From the NCBI GenBank assembly GCA_947585915.1, contig CANPXJ010000001.1, positions 1-51,730 of the forward strand: a DNA stretch of 51,730 nt, given 5' to 3'. Origin of the DNA: an uncultured Bacilli bacterium (GTDB taxonomy: Bacteria; Bacillota_I; Bacilli_A; RF39; UBA660). Numbering within the stretch: the first letter of the stretch is position 1; each line of letters opens with the position of its first letter. The notes under the pieces are model-generated. The model was not told where the DNA came from. It made no database searches and saw nothing but the letters and a program-made list of their open reading frames with translations. Below are positions 1 through 8,233 of the stretch, piece after piece. The position numbers and the translations under genes are program-made.

Positions 1-22
1 TATTACACAAGACGCAAAAATT

Positions 23-59
23 GAGCAAAACCTTATAATTACTAGGTTTGCTCTTTTTT
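23..59 (+). terminator. Terminator-like hairpin closing a gene that lies upstream of the window
   Basis: GAGCAAAACC (23-32) pairs imperfectly with GGTTTGCTC (45-53), followed by T6 (54-59). Confidence 0.4.
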
Positions 60-110
60 ACTGCAAAACTCAAGATAATAGTATTTTATAACACTCGACA
101 AAGAAAATCA

Positions 111-127
111 ATAAATTTATTGCTTTT
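111..127. repeat. Left copy of 17-bp direct repeat (target-site duplication) ATAAATTTATTGCTTTT
   Basis: Identical 17-mer recurs at 1599-1615. Each copy directly abuts one terminal inverted repeat of the IS. Confidence 0.75.
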
Positions 128-1598
128 GTTAATCCTATTTTAAAATGATACCAATATATAAATGATATATAATATCTCTTTAGAAAGGAGATTTTTTATA
201 TATGCATAATAAAGAATATGCATTAAAACCTGTTCAAGATAAACTTAATGGTTTAAATAATTATTCTTATTCTCAAATTGGTTCTTTAACTGGATATAAA
301 AAACTTCAAATAATTAGATTTTCTAATCTTTTAAAAGAAAAGGATATTGATTCTATATTAATTCATGGTTTAACAAACAAACCTTCTAATAATTCACCCT
401 CAACAAAAGAAATTGAATTTATTAAGAACTTCAAGAATAAATATCCGATTATTAGTATACAACAATTTATGGATATTTACCATGAAGATATTATTTTTAA
501 TAAAAAAAATGATTAATGTAGTTAAAGATAATAATCTTAAAGTTAGAAGTTATTCATTTTATGAATCTTTATATGAAAAGTTTAATTGGGTTAAACCTAT
601 CAAGCATAAATGGTTTAATAAGGATTATGAAACTCATCCATTAAGAGAACCTTCTCCTCAAAGGGGCATTTTAATTATGATTAATGGTACACCTCATGAT
701 TGGTTTCAAAATGGTAGAAAATCTTCCCTACATTTAGCTATTGATGACGCTACCGGTGAAGCTTTATGTGGTTGATTTATGCCTAATGAATGTTTAGAAG
801 GTTATGTCCATATGCTTGAAATTCTAGTTACTAAATTTGGTATTCCTGAAAATATCTACTGTGATAGACATACTATCCTAATTAATCCTAAAGATGGTAA
901 ATTAACTAACTTTGGTCATATGTGTAAAGATTTAGGCATTAATATCATTACAGCTAATACTCCCCAAGCTAAAGGTAAAGTCGAAAAATGGAACAACACT
1001 ATTTAAAATAGATTAATAAATGATATTACTAGATACAACATTAAATCTATAGATGAATTAAATAAATTTTTTAATGACTATTATTGTAACTATCTTAATC
1101 ATAAATATGCCTATGAACCTAAAGAAGAAGATACTGCATTCGTTCCTTTAGATAATATGGATTTATCTAATATTTTATGTATTAGAGACAAAAGAATTAT
1201 ACTTAAGGGTAATATGATTTCTTGGAATAATAACTATTATCAAATATTGAATCAAGACAAATTTATTAAACAAATTTATAAAGGAACAGAAATAACTGTT
1301 TATGAAAATGTTTTTACCAAAGTTATAAAAGTTAAATATTACAGCATCTTTTATGAACCTAAGCAAATTGAAGGTCATAGAAAAGATCCAGTTAAAAAAG
1401 AACAACTAAGAATAGATAATCAAAAACAATTAGAACGAGTTTTAAGAGAAAGAGATGAAAGATTAAAAGTAAGGGCGAGCAAAGCGAGTTTATCTTGACC
1501 CTTGCTTTTTAGATTTCATCATTTACAATGCTTTCACAAACAAAGTTCACCTTTGTTACCATCTTTTTAAATCGGTATCATTTCAACTAATGATTAAC
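128..1598 (+). mobile_element. IS1202/ISNCY-type insertion sequence (about 1.47 kb), transposase inactivated
   Basis: Terminal inverted repeats: GTTAATCCTATTTTAAAATGATACC (128-152) versus the reverse complement of 1574-1598, GTTAATCATTAGTTGAAATGATACC (20 of 25 match; the outer 7 and inner 10 nt are identical). They are flanked by a perfect 17-bp direct repeat. The interior encodes a DDE transposase with the DGSxHxWF / IDDATG-type motifs. Confidence 0.75.
202..1498 (+). pseudogene. DDE transposase (IS1202 group) disrupted by one frameshift and two nonsense codons
   Basis: ORF-track pieces 202-516, 413-775, 779-1006 and 1157-1498 join into one protein of about 430 aa. Lesions: a frame change at the A8 run 502-509; an in-frame TGA at 776-778 (EALCG*FMPNE, Trp expected); an in-frame TAA at 1004-1006 (KWNNTI*NRL, Gln expected). 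Motifs seen: MINGTPHDWF, LAIDDATGE, CDRHT, QAKGKVEKWN. The first catalytic Asp position reads Asn. Confidence 0.75.
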
Positions 1599-1615
1599 AT
1601 AAATTTATTGCTTTT
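1599..1615. repeat. Right copy of 17-bp target-site duplication
   Basis: ATAAATTTATTGCTTTT, identical to 111-127, immediately after the right inverted repeat. Confidence 0.75.
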
Positions 1616-1662
1616 AAAAAGTAAAATATATTATTTTATCAGCACTTTACAAAAAATTTACT

Positions 1663-2166
1663 TTATTTTTTAATAATACAAATTTCATCATTGTATGAAA
1701 CCGCCGGAGTAGCAGTGCTAAAAAGTTTCATACTGCCATCAGTTTCGTTTGGCTCCGTACTACAATTACCACCTGCTTTTTTTCCCCATGCTCTATATGA
1801 TTTATTTTCGATAACATATTTATATTTTGGTAAACCATCCTGAATTTCTACTTCTATTTCATAGTTATATCCTTCTTTATTTTCAATATCAACGTGTTTA
1901 TTTTCAGCTTCACTTTCAAAAACAATCGTTTGATTTGCGGTATTACCTACAGCTTTTTCTGCATACTTTGTTTGAGCAGCTTTTAAATATGCTCTTACTT
2001 CTGTTTCAAAAGCATTCTTTCGAGCATTTTCCATTATTCTTAAAACACTAGGCATGGCTAGTAGTATTAATATTGATAATATTACTATTACAGCCAGTAA
2101 TTCTATTAATGTAAAACCTTTTTTTTTCTTTAATTTTTTTATAACGTTTTTTATTTTCTTTAGCAT
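1663..2166 (-). CDS. Type IV pilin / ComGC-like pseudopilin precursor
   Basis: N-terminus MLKKIKNVIKKLKKKKG/FTLIELLAVIVILSILILLAMP is a class III (prepilin) signal: Gly-1, Phe+1, Glu+5, then a hydrophobic helix. RBS AGGTGA lies 5 nt before ATG 2166. The ORF-track GTG at 2175 lies inside the RBS. Confidence 0.8.
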   Translation of the reverse strand: MLKKIKNVIKKLKKKKGFTLIELLAVIVILSILILLAMPSVLRIMENARKNAFETEVRAYLKAAQTKYAEKAVGNTANQTIVFESEAENKHVDIENKEGYNYEIEVEIQDGLPKYKYVIENKSYRAWGKKAGGNCSTEPNETDGSMKLFSTATPAVSYNDEICIIKK

Positions 2167-2187
2167 TTCTATCACCTATATATAAAT

Positions 2188-2216
2188 AGTATACTTTTAA
2201 CCCCCCCCCAAGTCAA
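2188..2216 (-). promoter_or_regulatory. Sigma-A type promoter of the pilin gene with a G9 tract in the spacer
   Basis: Minus strand reads TTGACT(2216-2211)-T-GGGGGGGGG-TTAAAAG-TATACT(2193-2188). The spacer is exactly 17 nt. Confidence 0.7.
2201..2209 (-). repeat. Homopolymeric G9 (C9 on plus strand) tract
   Basis: Read directly. It is one of only two G/C runs longer than 5 nt that I could find in the window. Confidence 0.95.
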
Positions 2217-2280
2217 TTTTTTTAATAAATTTATTTATATTTTTACATATATTTTACACAAACATTTTATTTTTATACAA

Positions 2281-2304
2281 AAAAAATAAGAGTATTTACT
2301 CTCA
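2281..2304 (-). terminator. Terminator after the ylbE-like gene
   Basis: Minus strand GAGAGT-AAAT-ACTCTT hairpin followed by a T run. Confidence 0.5.
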
Positions 2305-2328
2305 TTTTCAAATAAGTTTATAAATAAT

Positions 2329-2550
2329 TTATTTTAACACATTTAAAACACTACTAATTAAATCAATATTTTCAATTGCATTATTTATTTTATCAGTAGT
2401 ATGTAATTTATATAAGTCTTTCATGGCTTCTTCGAACTTTTTATAATTAGTGGCTGACCGATTTAATTCTTTATACCAATGAGAATTTAATTTTAAATAT
2501 TCATACATTTTGGGATTTTCTTTTAATTTCATTTGAACATATTTCTGCAT
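2329..2550 (-). CDS. YlbE-like small protein
   Basis: 73 aa, MQKYVQMKLKENPKMYEYLKLNSHWYKELNR. Sits next to a YlbD-like gene, as in Bacillus ylbD-ylbE. Confidence 0.5.
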   Translation of the reverse strand: MQKYVQMKLKENPKMYEYLKLNSHWYKELNRSATNYKKFEEAMKDLYKLHTTDKINNAIENIDLISSVLNVLK

Positions 2551-2552
2551 AA

Positions 2553-2903
2553 CTAATCCTCAAAAAACTTATTTAAAGGTCGGGGATTTAAAGGACCTTT
2601 AGCAATATTAGGAGTTGATGGTGTTTTTGTTGTTAATTCAGAAATAAACCCTAGAGCCTTTTGGGCCGTATTTATATGTTTTTGAATGGAATCCATATCA
2701 ACGCTTTGAACCATTTTTGTTATCTGATTTAAACCATTATTAGTAGTACTATTATTAATATATTCTGACCAAGCATTACTATTTTCTCCATAAATATCAT
2801 ATATTTCATAGAACTTTTGCCAACTCATTGAGCCATTTTTAATGTATTTTATCAGTTCCGGATGAAGCGAAGCAAACCTTTTAAACTCTTCTTTCTTATT
2901 CAT
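2553..2903 (-). CDS. YlbD-like putative spore coat protein
   Basis: FKRFASLHPELIKYIKNGSMSWQKFYEIYDIYGENSNAWSEY resembles the YlbD family. Start moved to MNKKEEF, which has RBS AGGTGG. Confidence 0.5.
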   Translation of the reverse strand: MNKKEEFKRFASLHPELIKYIKNGSMSWQKFYEIYDIYGENSNAWSEYINNSTTNNGLNQITKMVQSVDMDSIQKHINTAQKALGFISELTTKTPSTPNIAKGPLNPRPLNKFFED

Positions 2904-3148
2904 AAAACCACCTAATATATCGTATGCTTTAAACTTGTTATTTATTATTTGTTTGCAATATGTAAAAATATATGTTATACTTTCTCTTGAGGAAAGGCTA
3001 TATAGTAAAAACAAATATCAATCACAAATTCGGGGTTTTGGTTATAGAAAAAACTCGTTTTATACGAGTACCTGTTTTTACTCAAATATATAGTTGAGTA
3101 CTCTTTTTATTTTACTATAAAGTTTACTAATAATCAATTAGCAAAATG

Positions 3149-3173
3149 TAAAAAAAATAGTCTTCTGACTATT
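3149..3173 (-). terminator. rpmF terminator
   Basis: Minus strand AATAGTC-AGAA-GACTATT followed by T7. The stop codon lies within the stem. Confidence 0.7.
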
Positions 3174-3366
3174 TAGTTTCTTCTGTTTCTTCTTGTTGAT
3201 TAATTACTTCTTTACCTTTATAATATCCGCATTTTGTACAAGCACGATGTGGTTTTAAAACTTCGCCACATTTTGGACAATTAGTTATTGTAGGTGCTTC
3301 CTTTTTTAAATGAGTACGACGCATTCTTTTTTTTGTTTTACTTGTTCTTCTAAATGGAACTGCCAT
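3169..3366 (-). CDS. rpmF: 50S ribosomal protein L32
   Basis: [19 protein letters not shown] plus CPKCG..CTKCG zinc ribbon. RBS GGAAGGAG precedes ATG 3366. Confidence 0.95.
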   Translation of the reverse strand: MAVPFRRTSKTKKRMRRTHLKKEAPTITNCPKCGEVLKPHRACTKCGYYKGKEVINQQEETEETK

Positions 3367-3370
3367 ATAA

Positions 3371-3832
3371 TCACTCCTTCCCTTCCTCAAGTAGCTCTGT
3401 TAATTTTGCCAATCGAGAGTCTATTTTCTTTGTGTTTTTATCTTTTAGTTCCCAACCATTCCCTTTGCTTTTCTCTAATTTTTTATTTTTCGAAAAGCTA
3501 ATTGGAACCTCCAATACAATATTTTGCCATAAAACTTCGGTAATATCAAGTATATTTTTATTATTTTTGCTTATTTTTATGTTTTCTTCAATATCAATAT
3601 TAAATGGATAATCTACTAACTCTAAAGTATATGAATCTTTTAAAATCATAATACCTTGTATTTTACCAGTAAGTGTTACTTGTTCGTCTAAATCTAAAAG
3701 ACACTGCCCTTCCAAATAAACTTTTTGTAAATCAATAATTTCTGAATGATGAAAATCATCTAGATTAAAATTTACTTGGCCTTCAACATTTAAAATTTGT
3801 TTATTAAAAAGTTCTTTTAAATCAATTTGCAT
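3371..3832 (-). CDS. yceD: YceD/YlbN family (DUF177) protein
   Basis: About 150-aa acidic protein immediately upstream of rpmF (conserved yceD-rpmF pairing). RBS AAGGTGA before ATG 3832. Ends with TGA. Confidence 0.75.
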   Translation of the reverse strand: MQIDLKELFNKQILNVEGQVNFNLDDFHHSEIIDLQKVYLEGQCLLDLDEQVTLTGKIQGIMILKDSYTLELVDYPFNIDIEENIKISKNNKNILDITEVLWQNIVLEVPISFSKNKKLEKSKGNGWELKDKNTKKIDSRLAKLTELLEEGKE

Positions 3833-4002
3833 AACTATCACCTTTTTTAATTCTACTAAAAACTTAAGTTATTGTCTACTTTTCTGTAACTTGTAAATTA
3901 GAATTTATTTACAAATATTGTAATCCCGCAAATTAAAAGTGTGAAGTTCCCTTAAATTGATTTACATTTCTCAATATGCTAAACTAATTTCAGGTGATAA
4001 TT

Positions 4003-5112
4003 ATGCACTTAGTTGGCATTATTTGTGAATATAATCCTTTTCATAATGGTCATTTATATCATTTAAAAAAAATTAAAGAGTTATATCCTAATTCTTTAAT
4101 TATCTTAGTTTTAAATTCTCTTTTTACACAGCGGGGAGAAATAAGCATTCTTTCTTTAAGTACAAAAAGCAAAATAGCTTTAGAATATGGTGTTGACATA
4201 GTTTTAGAATTACCTATTATTTTTGGTACTCAATCTGCTGATACTTTTGCTTTAAAAAGCATTGAAATATTAAATTATTTTCAAGTTGATACTATTATAT
4301 TTGGAAGTGAAACCAACGATTTAACCACGCTTGAAAATATTGCCATAAAACAACTTGCTCCTAACTATAATCAAGAAGTAAAAAAATATTTAAAAGAAAA
4401 AAACAATTATCCAACAGCCTTAGCTAAAGCTTTAGATAGCGATTTTGATTTTAATAATCCTAATGATTTATTAGGAATTTCTTATATTAAAGCTATTAAG
4501 CAATTAAACCTAAATATGAAATATGAATGTATAAAAAGAACTAGTTCTTATCATGATTTAAAAAGTACAAATAAAATAGTAAGTGCTTCTAATATAAGAA
4601 ATAAATTTAAAAATCAAAAAAATATTAATAAATATCTTCCTTCAAAAGTAAAAGATGAACTTAAAAATATAAATGAAGATTTATTATTTACTTTACTTAA
4701 ATACAAAATTAACACTTGTGATAATTTAGAAATATATCTAGATGTAGATGAAGGAATTGAAAATCGAATTAAAAAAGTTATTAACAGTTCAAAAAATATG
4801 GAAGATTTAATTATGAAAATTAAAAGTAAAAGATATACCTATAACAAAATAAGAAGAATGCTCATTCATATCTTATTAGACTTTAAAAAAAGTGATAATC
4901 TAAATAAAATAGAATATATTAAAATATTGGGATTTAATCAAAAGGGACAAGATTATTTAAACAAAATAAAAAAAGAAATTAATATTTCTTTAAATCAAAT
5001 TCCCTCATCTAATACTTTTAAATTAGAACAAAAAGCAACAATTATTTATGATTTACTAACTAATTCTAATGAACAAAAATTTTTAATAGCAAATAAACCA
5101 ATAATAAAATAA
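4003..5112 (+). CDS. tmcAL: tRNA(Met) cytidine acetate ligase (YlbM/TmcAL nucleotidyltransferase)
   Basis: MHLVGIICEYNPFHNGHLYHLKKIKE signature N-terminus. Divergent from yceD, as in Bacillus ylbM-ylbN. Confidence 0.85.
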   Translation: MHLVGIICEYNPFHNGHLYHLKKIKELYPNSLIILVLNSLFTQRGEISILSLSTKSKIALEYGVDIVLELPIIFGTQSADTFALKSIEILNYFQVDTIIFGSETNDLTTLENIAIKQLAPNYNQEVKKYLKEKNNYPTALAKALDSDFDFNNPNDLLGISYIKAIKQLNLNMKYECIKRTSSYHDLKSTNKIVSASNIRNKFKNQKNINKYLPSKVKDELKNINEDLLFTLLKYKINTCDNLEIYLDVDEGIENRIKKVINSSKNMEDLIMKIKSKRYTYNKIRRMLIHILLDFKKSDNLNKIEYIKILGFNQKGQDYLNKIKKEINISLNQIPSSNTFKLEQKATIIYDLLTNSNEQKFLIANKPIIK

Positions 5113-5118
5113 ATAAAA

Positions 5119-5136
5119 CTTCTCTTAATTGAGAAG
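5119..5136. terminator. Shared hairpin between convergent units
   Basis: CTTCTC-TTAATT-GAGAAG, with A/T runs on both sides. Confidence 0.5.
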
Positions 5137-5239
5137 CTTAAAATTTGATATCCTCTTCAGGCATATACATACCTCTTTTCTTAATTTTTTTCCTTACAAA
5201 TATTATTATAAAATATCTTTTTTATTTTGACAAGATTTT

Positions 5240-6061
5240 TTACATCTTTTGACAAGCAGAACAATAATAAGTGCTTCTTCCTCCTATTTTAATTTTTAAA
5301 ATTGGTTTATGGCAAATAGGACATGGCTCACCTTCTTTTTTATGAACTGCTAGTTTTTGTTGGAATCTACCCGTTATTCCTAAAGAAGATGTATAGCTTT
5401 TAATTGTAGTTCCACCCATTTTAATAGCTTCTTTAATAATTTTATTAGTAGCTATAACTATATTATCACATTCCTTTAAAGTTAAATCTTTTCCTAGCTT
5501 TAAAGGATTAATTCGAGAAGCAAATAAAACCTCATTAGCATAAATATTACCAAGACCACTAATGATTGTTTGGTCTAAAAGTAAAGTTTTAATCGGAATG
5601 TTTTTATTTTCAAATTTTTCCTTTAAATACTCCTTAGTTAAATTAGGACTAAATGGTTCTTCACCTTGTTTTTTTAAAGCAGGATAAGTTTTAAGTTCAT
5701 CTTTTTTTATAAGGGCCATTCGTCCAAATTTACGAGTATCATGATATCTTAATTCACTATTATCTTTAAAAGTAAAAATAATATGTTCATGTTTTTGGAT
5801 AGGCTCTTCTTCTTTTTTTAGAAAATATTTCCCTTCCATTCTAAGATGTGATAATAAATAGTAATTATGCAGTTCAAAGATTAACCACTTACCTCTTCTT
5901 TTTATATCAATAAACTCATTATCTATAAGATGTTTTTTAAAATCTTCTAAATCGGTTTCTATAATTTTAGAATATAAAATTTTAACATCTTTTATTTTTT
6001 TCTTTAATATTTGTTTTTTTAATGTATTTCTTACTGTTTCAACCTCAGCTATTTCTGGCAT
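5240..6061 (-). CDS. mutM: Formamidopyrimidine-DNA glycosylase
   Basis: MPEIAEVETV N-terminus (catalytic Pro2) and C-terminal CPICHKP..YYCSACQ zinc finger. Confidence 0.9.
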   Translation of the reverse strand: MPEIAEVETVRNTLKKQILKKKIKDVKILYSKIIETDLEDFKKHLIDNEFIDIKRRGKWLIFELHNYYLLSHLRMEGKYFLKKEEEPIQKHEHIIFTFKDNSELRYHDTRKFGRMALIKKDELKTYPALKKQGEEPFSPNLTKEYLKEKFENKNIPIKTLLLDQTIISGLGNIYANEVLFASRINPLKLGKDLTLKECDNIVIATNKIIKEAIKMGGTTIKSYTSSLGITGRFQQKLAVHKKEGEPCPICHKPILKIKIGGRSTYYCSACQKM

Positions 6062-6611
6062 TATGTTCAATCCTTTCTAGATATTCTTCTAAAGTAAGAT
6101 TATTTTTATAAATATCCAAAGCCGCCTTTTTACCAACATAACGTAAATGCCATGGTTCATAACCATAACCTGTTACTTTTTCTTTACCTTTTGGGTAACG
6201 AATAATAAAACCAAATTGGAAAGAAACGCTAGCAACTATTTCTAAAACGGAATGATTAGTCATTTCAAAATCAACATAAAAGTTATTATTTTCTTTCAAG
6301 CAAAAATCTAGAGCCAAACCAGTTTGATGTTCAGAATAGCCAGGTTTAGCTACATATTTTAATGTATGCTCTAAGCCTTTTTGCATTTTTGTTTCATTAA
6401 ATACTAATTCTTGCTCTTCATAAGAACGATAACCGCTTTCTATATCTATATCATACCCTTTTTTCTTAATATAATCTTTTAATTTTAAAAATTGTTGGTA
6501 AGTCTTTTCTTCTAAATAGACCTTGGCATATGCACTATTTGTTTCTACCAAATGAAAATTATTATCCTTAAATTTATGATTTTTATTTACTAAAATTAAA
6601 TATTTAGACAA
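6045..6611 (-). CDS. VanY-type D-Ala-D-Ala carboxypeptidase (peptidase M15B)
   Basis: Motifs SGYRSYEEQ, SEHQTGLALD, EPWHLRYVG. TTG start with RBS AGGAGG. Confidence 0.8.
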   Translation of the reverse strand: MSKYLILVNKNHKFKDNNFHLVETNSAYAKVYLEEKTYQQFLKLKDYIKKKGYDIDIESGYRSYEEQELVFNETKMQKGLEHTLKYVAKPGYSEHQTGLALDFCLKENNNFYVDFEMTNHSVLEIVASVSFQFGFIIRYPKGKEKVTGYGYEPWHLRYVGKKAALDIYKNNLTLEEYLERIEHNARNS

Positions 6612-6632
6612 AATAGTTCCTCCTGTTATATT

Positions 6633-7364
6633 TTATTTTTTTCTAAGCTTTTTTATCCATTCGTAAATAAAATTATCATTATCTAAATATTCAGGATGAA
6701 ATTGTAATCCAATCCAAAAAATTTCCGGATTAATACTTTCAATGGCTTCAATAACATTATCTTCACTATAAGCAACCACTTTAAATGAAGGACTAACTCG
6801 ATTAACTTTCATACCATGCATATGCAAAACATTCTTTTTAGTGCCATAAACTTCAGCCAGAAAAGAATCTTTAGCAATTGTTATCGGTTGCATGGCATGG
6901 ATATATTCAGTTTTAGTAATTTCATTATTGTGAATATTGTCATTTTCTATTTTTACTATTACAGGATTAGAATTAATCATTTTTTGATATATTTCTATCC
7001 ACTGTTCTTGAGACATTTTATTGATATCTAAATTATGCTTTTGAATTTCTTCCATCATAACCATAAAAATACTCATAGCTTGCATTCCCATACAAATACC
7101 TAGTACTGGTTTTTTATTTATATAGGCATAATACAAAATTTCATATAAGGTTTTAGTTATTTTATTGCCTCCTGGCCAAAGATAAGCATCACACATTTCT
7201 AAACTAGATGTTTCGACCTTTTTGTCGTTTAAAAGCAAACCAATTGGTATAGCTCCAGCTTGAAATAGTTTTTGACTATAGAGTTCAACAAATTCATAGC
7301 GATTTTTATAAGGATCATTAGTATCCTCTCTTATAGTAGGTATTATTCCAATTATTTTTTTCAT
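6633..7364 (-). CDS. Class I glutamine amidotransferase / gamma-glutamyl hydrolase (peptidase C26, PuuD-like)
   Basis: GICMGMQ nucleophile elbow and LQFHPE motif. Confidence 0.7.
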   Translation of the reverse strand: MKKIIGIIPTIREDTNDPYKNRYEFVELYSQKLFQAGAIPIGLLLNDKKVETSSLEMCDAYLWPGGNKITKTLYEILYYAYINKKPVLGICMGMQAMSIFMVMMEEIQKHNLDINKMSQEQWIEIYQKMINSNPVIVKIENDNIHNNEITKTEYIHAMQPITIAKDSFLAEVYGTKKNVLHMHGMKVNRVSPSFKVVAYSEDNVIEAIESINPEIFWIGLQFHPEYLDNDNFIYEWIKKLRKK

Positions 7365-8168
7365 TTTTGCATCTCCCTGTAAAAATTTATATTCCAATTA
7401 GATATAATTTCTTTACTTATATTAAGATCGCCCCTACCAACTGCCAATTCGTGTTGTTTTTTATTTAGTCCATGGTAATCCGAACCACCAGATATTAATA
7501 AATTTCTTTGCTTAGCAATATTTAATATGTAATCTTCTTGTTCTTTAGAAAAGGTTGTATAGAAACATTCCTCCATTTTCATGAACAATATTTATAATTT
7601 CTTTTAATGGTGGTTTAAATTCCCCACGATTTATAAATATTTTACTTTGAGGATTAGTTAATCCTTTTCTATAGAAATCACTAAAGGTATTCCATATATC
7701 TTCTTTTATTTTTTCCATATTTTCAGTATATTTAACTAATTCTTCATAAATTTCTCTTTCCAAAAATTCATTCTTAAACTTCTTTTTTCTTATATTATTA
7801 ACATTAGAAGTTAAATCTAAATCGTTGATTTTACTTAATAATCTTTTATAAATAATATTTGTGCTTTCATCTACTAAATCTTTGTTATAAAATTTATTTA
7901 AATATTCATTTATTTTTTTGTAATTAAATCCATAACCTAAAACTTCTATTAATCTTTTATCAAAAGAAGTAGTGAATTCACATCCAACTAAAATATTACC
8001 TTTAAATATTTTGGAAACATCAAATGATTCCATTTCATCATAAGCGTTACAAGTATTATGGTCTGTAATAGAAATAGTTTCTAAATTTATTCTATTAGCA
8101 TTATTTAATATATCTTTTACAGAGTACGTTCCATCAGAATATTTAGTGTGCATATGCAAATCTATCAT
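7361..8168 (-). pseudogene. PHP-domain phosphoesterase, split or frameshifted
   Basis: MIDLHMHTKYSDG...ISITDHN N-terminal PHP motifs are in ORF 7545-8195; the C-terminal GGSDYHG motif is in ORF 7361-7588 in another frame. The junction ENGGMFLYNLF* lacks the expected AHP segment. Confidence 0.6.
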
Positions 8169-8233
8169 TTTAATCTCTTCTTTCAAATAAATCATAACAT
8201 AAAAATGGAATTAGGAAAATTAAAAGCATATAC

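Noticed and set aside
502-509. The A8 run at the transposase frame change, considered as a programmed ribosomal frameshift site as in IS1/IS3 elements.
   Set aside because: This cannot be fully excluded. However, IS1202-type transposases are normally single ORFs, and this copy has two further nonsense codons and a substituted catalytic Asp. A slippage mutation is more likely.
776-778. In-frame TGA at a position where a Trp is expected (EALCG-TGA-FMPNE). This could suggest genetic code 4 (Mollicutes-type) or an element imported from a code-4 host.
   Set aside because: The same transposase uses TGG for five other Trp residues. All large housekeeping ORFs are intact under code 11 with TGG Trp. 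yceD (3371) and the transposase itself terminate at TGA. A TGG-to-TGA nonsense mutation in a decaying gene is the simpler explanation.
1004-1006. In-frame TAA codons in the transposase (1004-1006) and in the YdeN-like gene (39930-39932), considered as possible stop-codon reassignment or readthrough.
   Set aside because: TAA is the commonest genuine stop in the window (pilin, leuS, srtB and others). Both host genes carry additional independent lesions, so they are pseudogenes.
2167-2175. ORF-track N-terminal extensions starting at GTG, TTG or ATG inside ribosome-binding sites or promoters: pilin 2175, yceD 3841, tmcAL 3994, rpmF 3390, nagZ-like 19540, trxB 26166, Tim44-like 30714, adhesin 45852, ylbD-like 3014, mutM 6070.
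   Set aside because: In each case a downstream ATG is preceded by a well-spaced AGGTGA/AAGGAG-type RBS and gives the canonical N-terminus (for example MAVPFRR, MPEIAEV, MFDIIIIGAGPSG). The longer forms begin within the RBS or the -10 box.
3310-3611. Plus-strand ORFs 3310-3501 and 3354-3611 across rpmF/yceD, and 27116-27301 across the DUF368/leuS junction.
   Set aside because: They are antisense to or span well-supported genes and terminators. Their Phe/Ser/Leu-rich translations are typical of the reverse strand of AT-rich genes.
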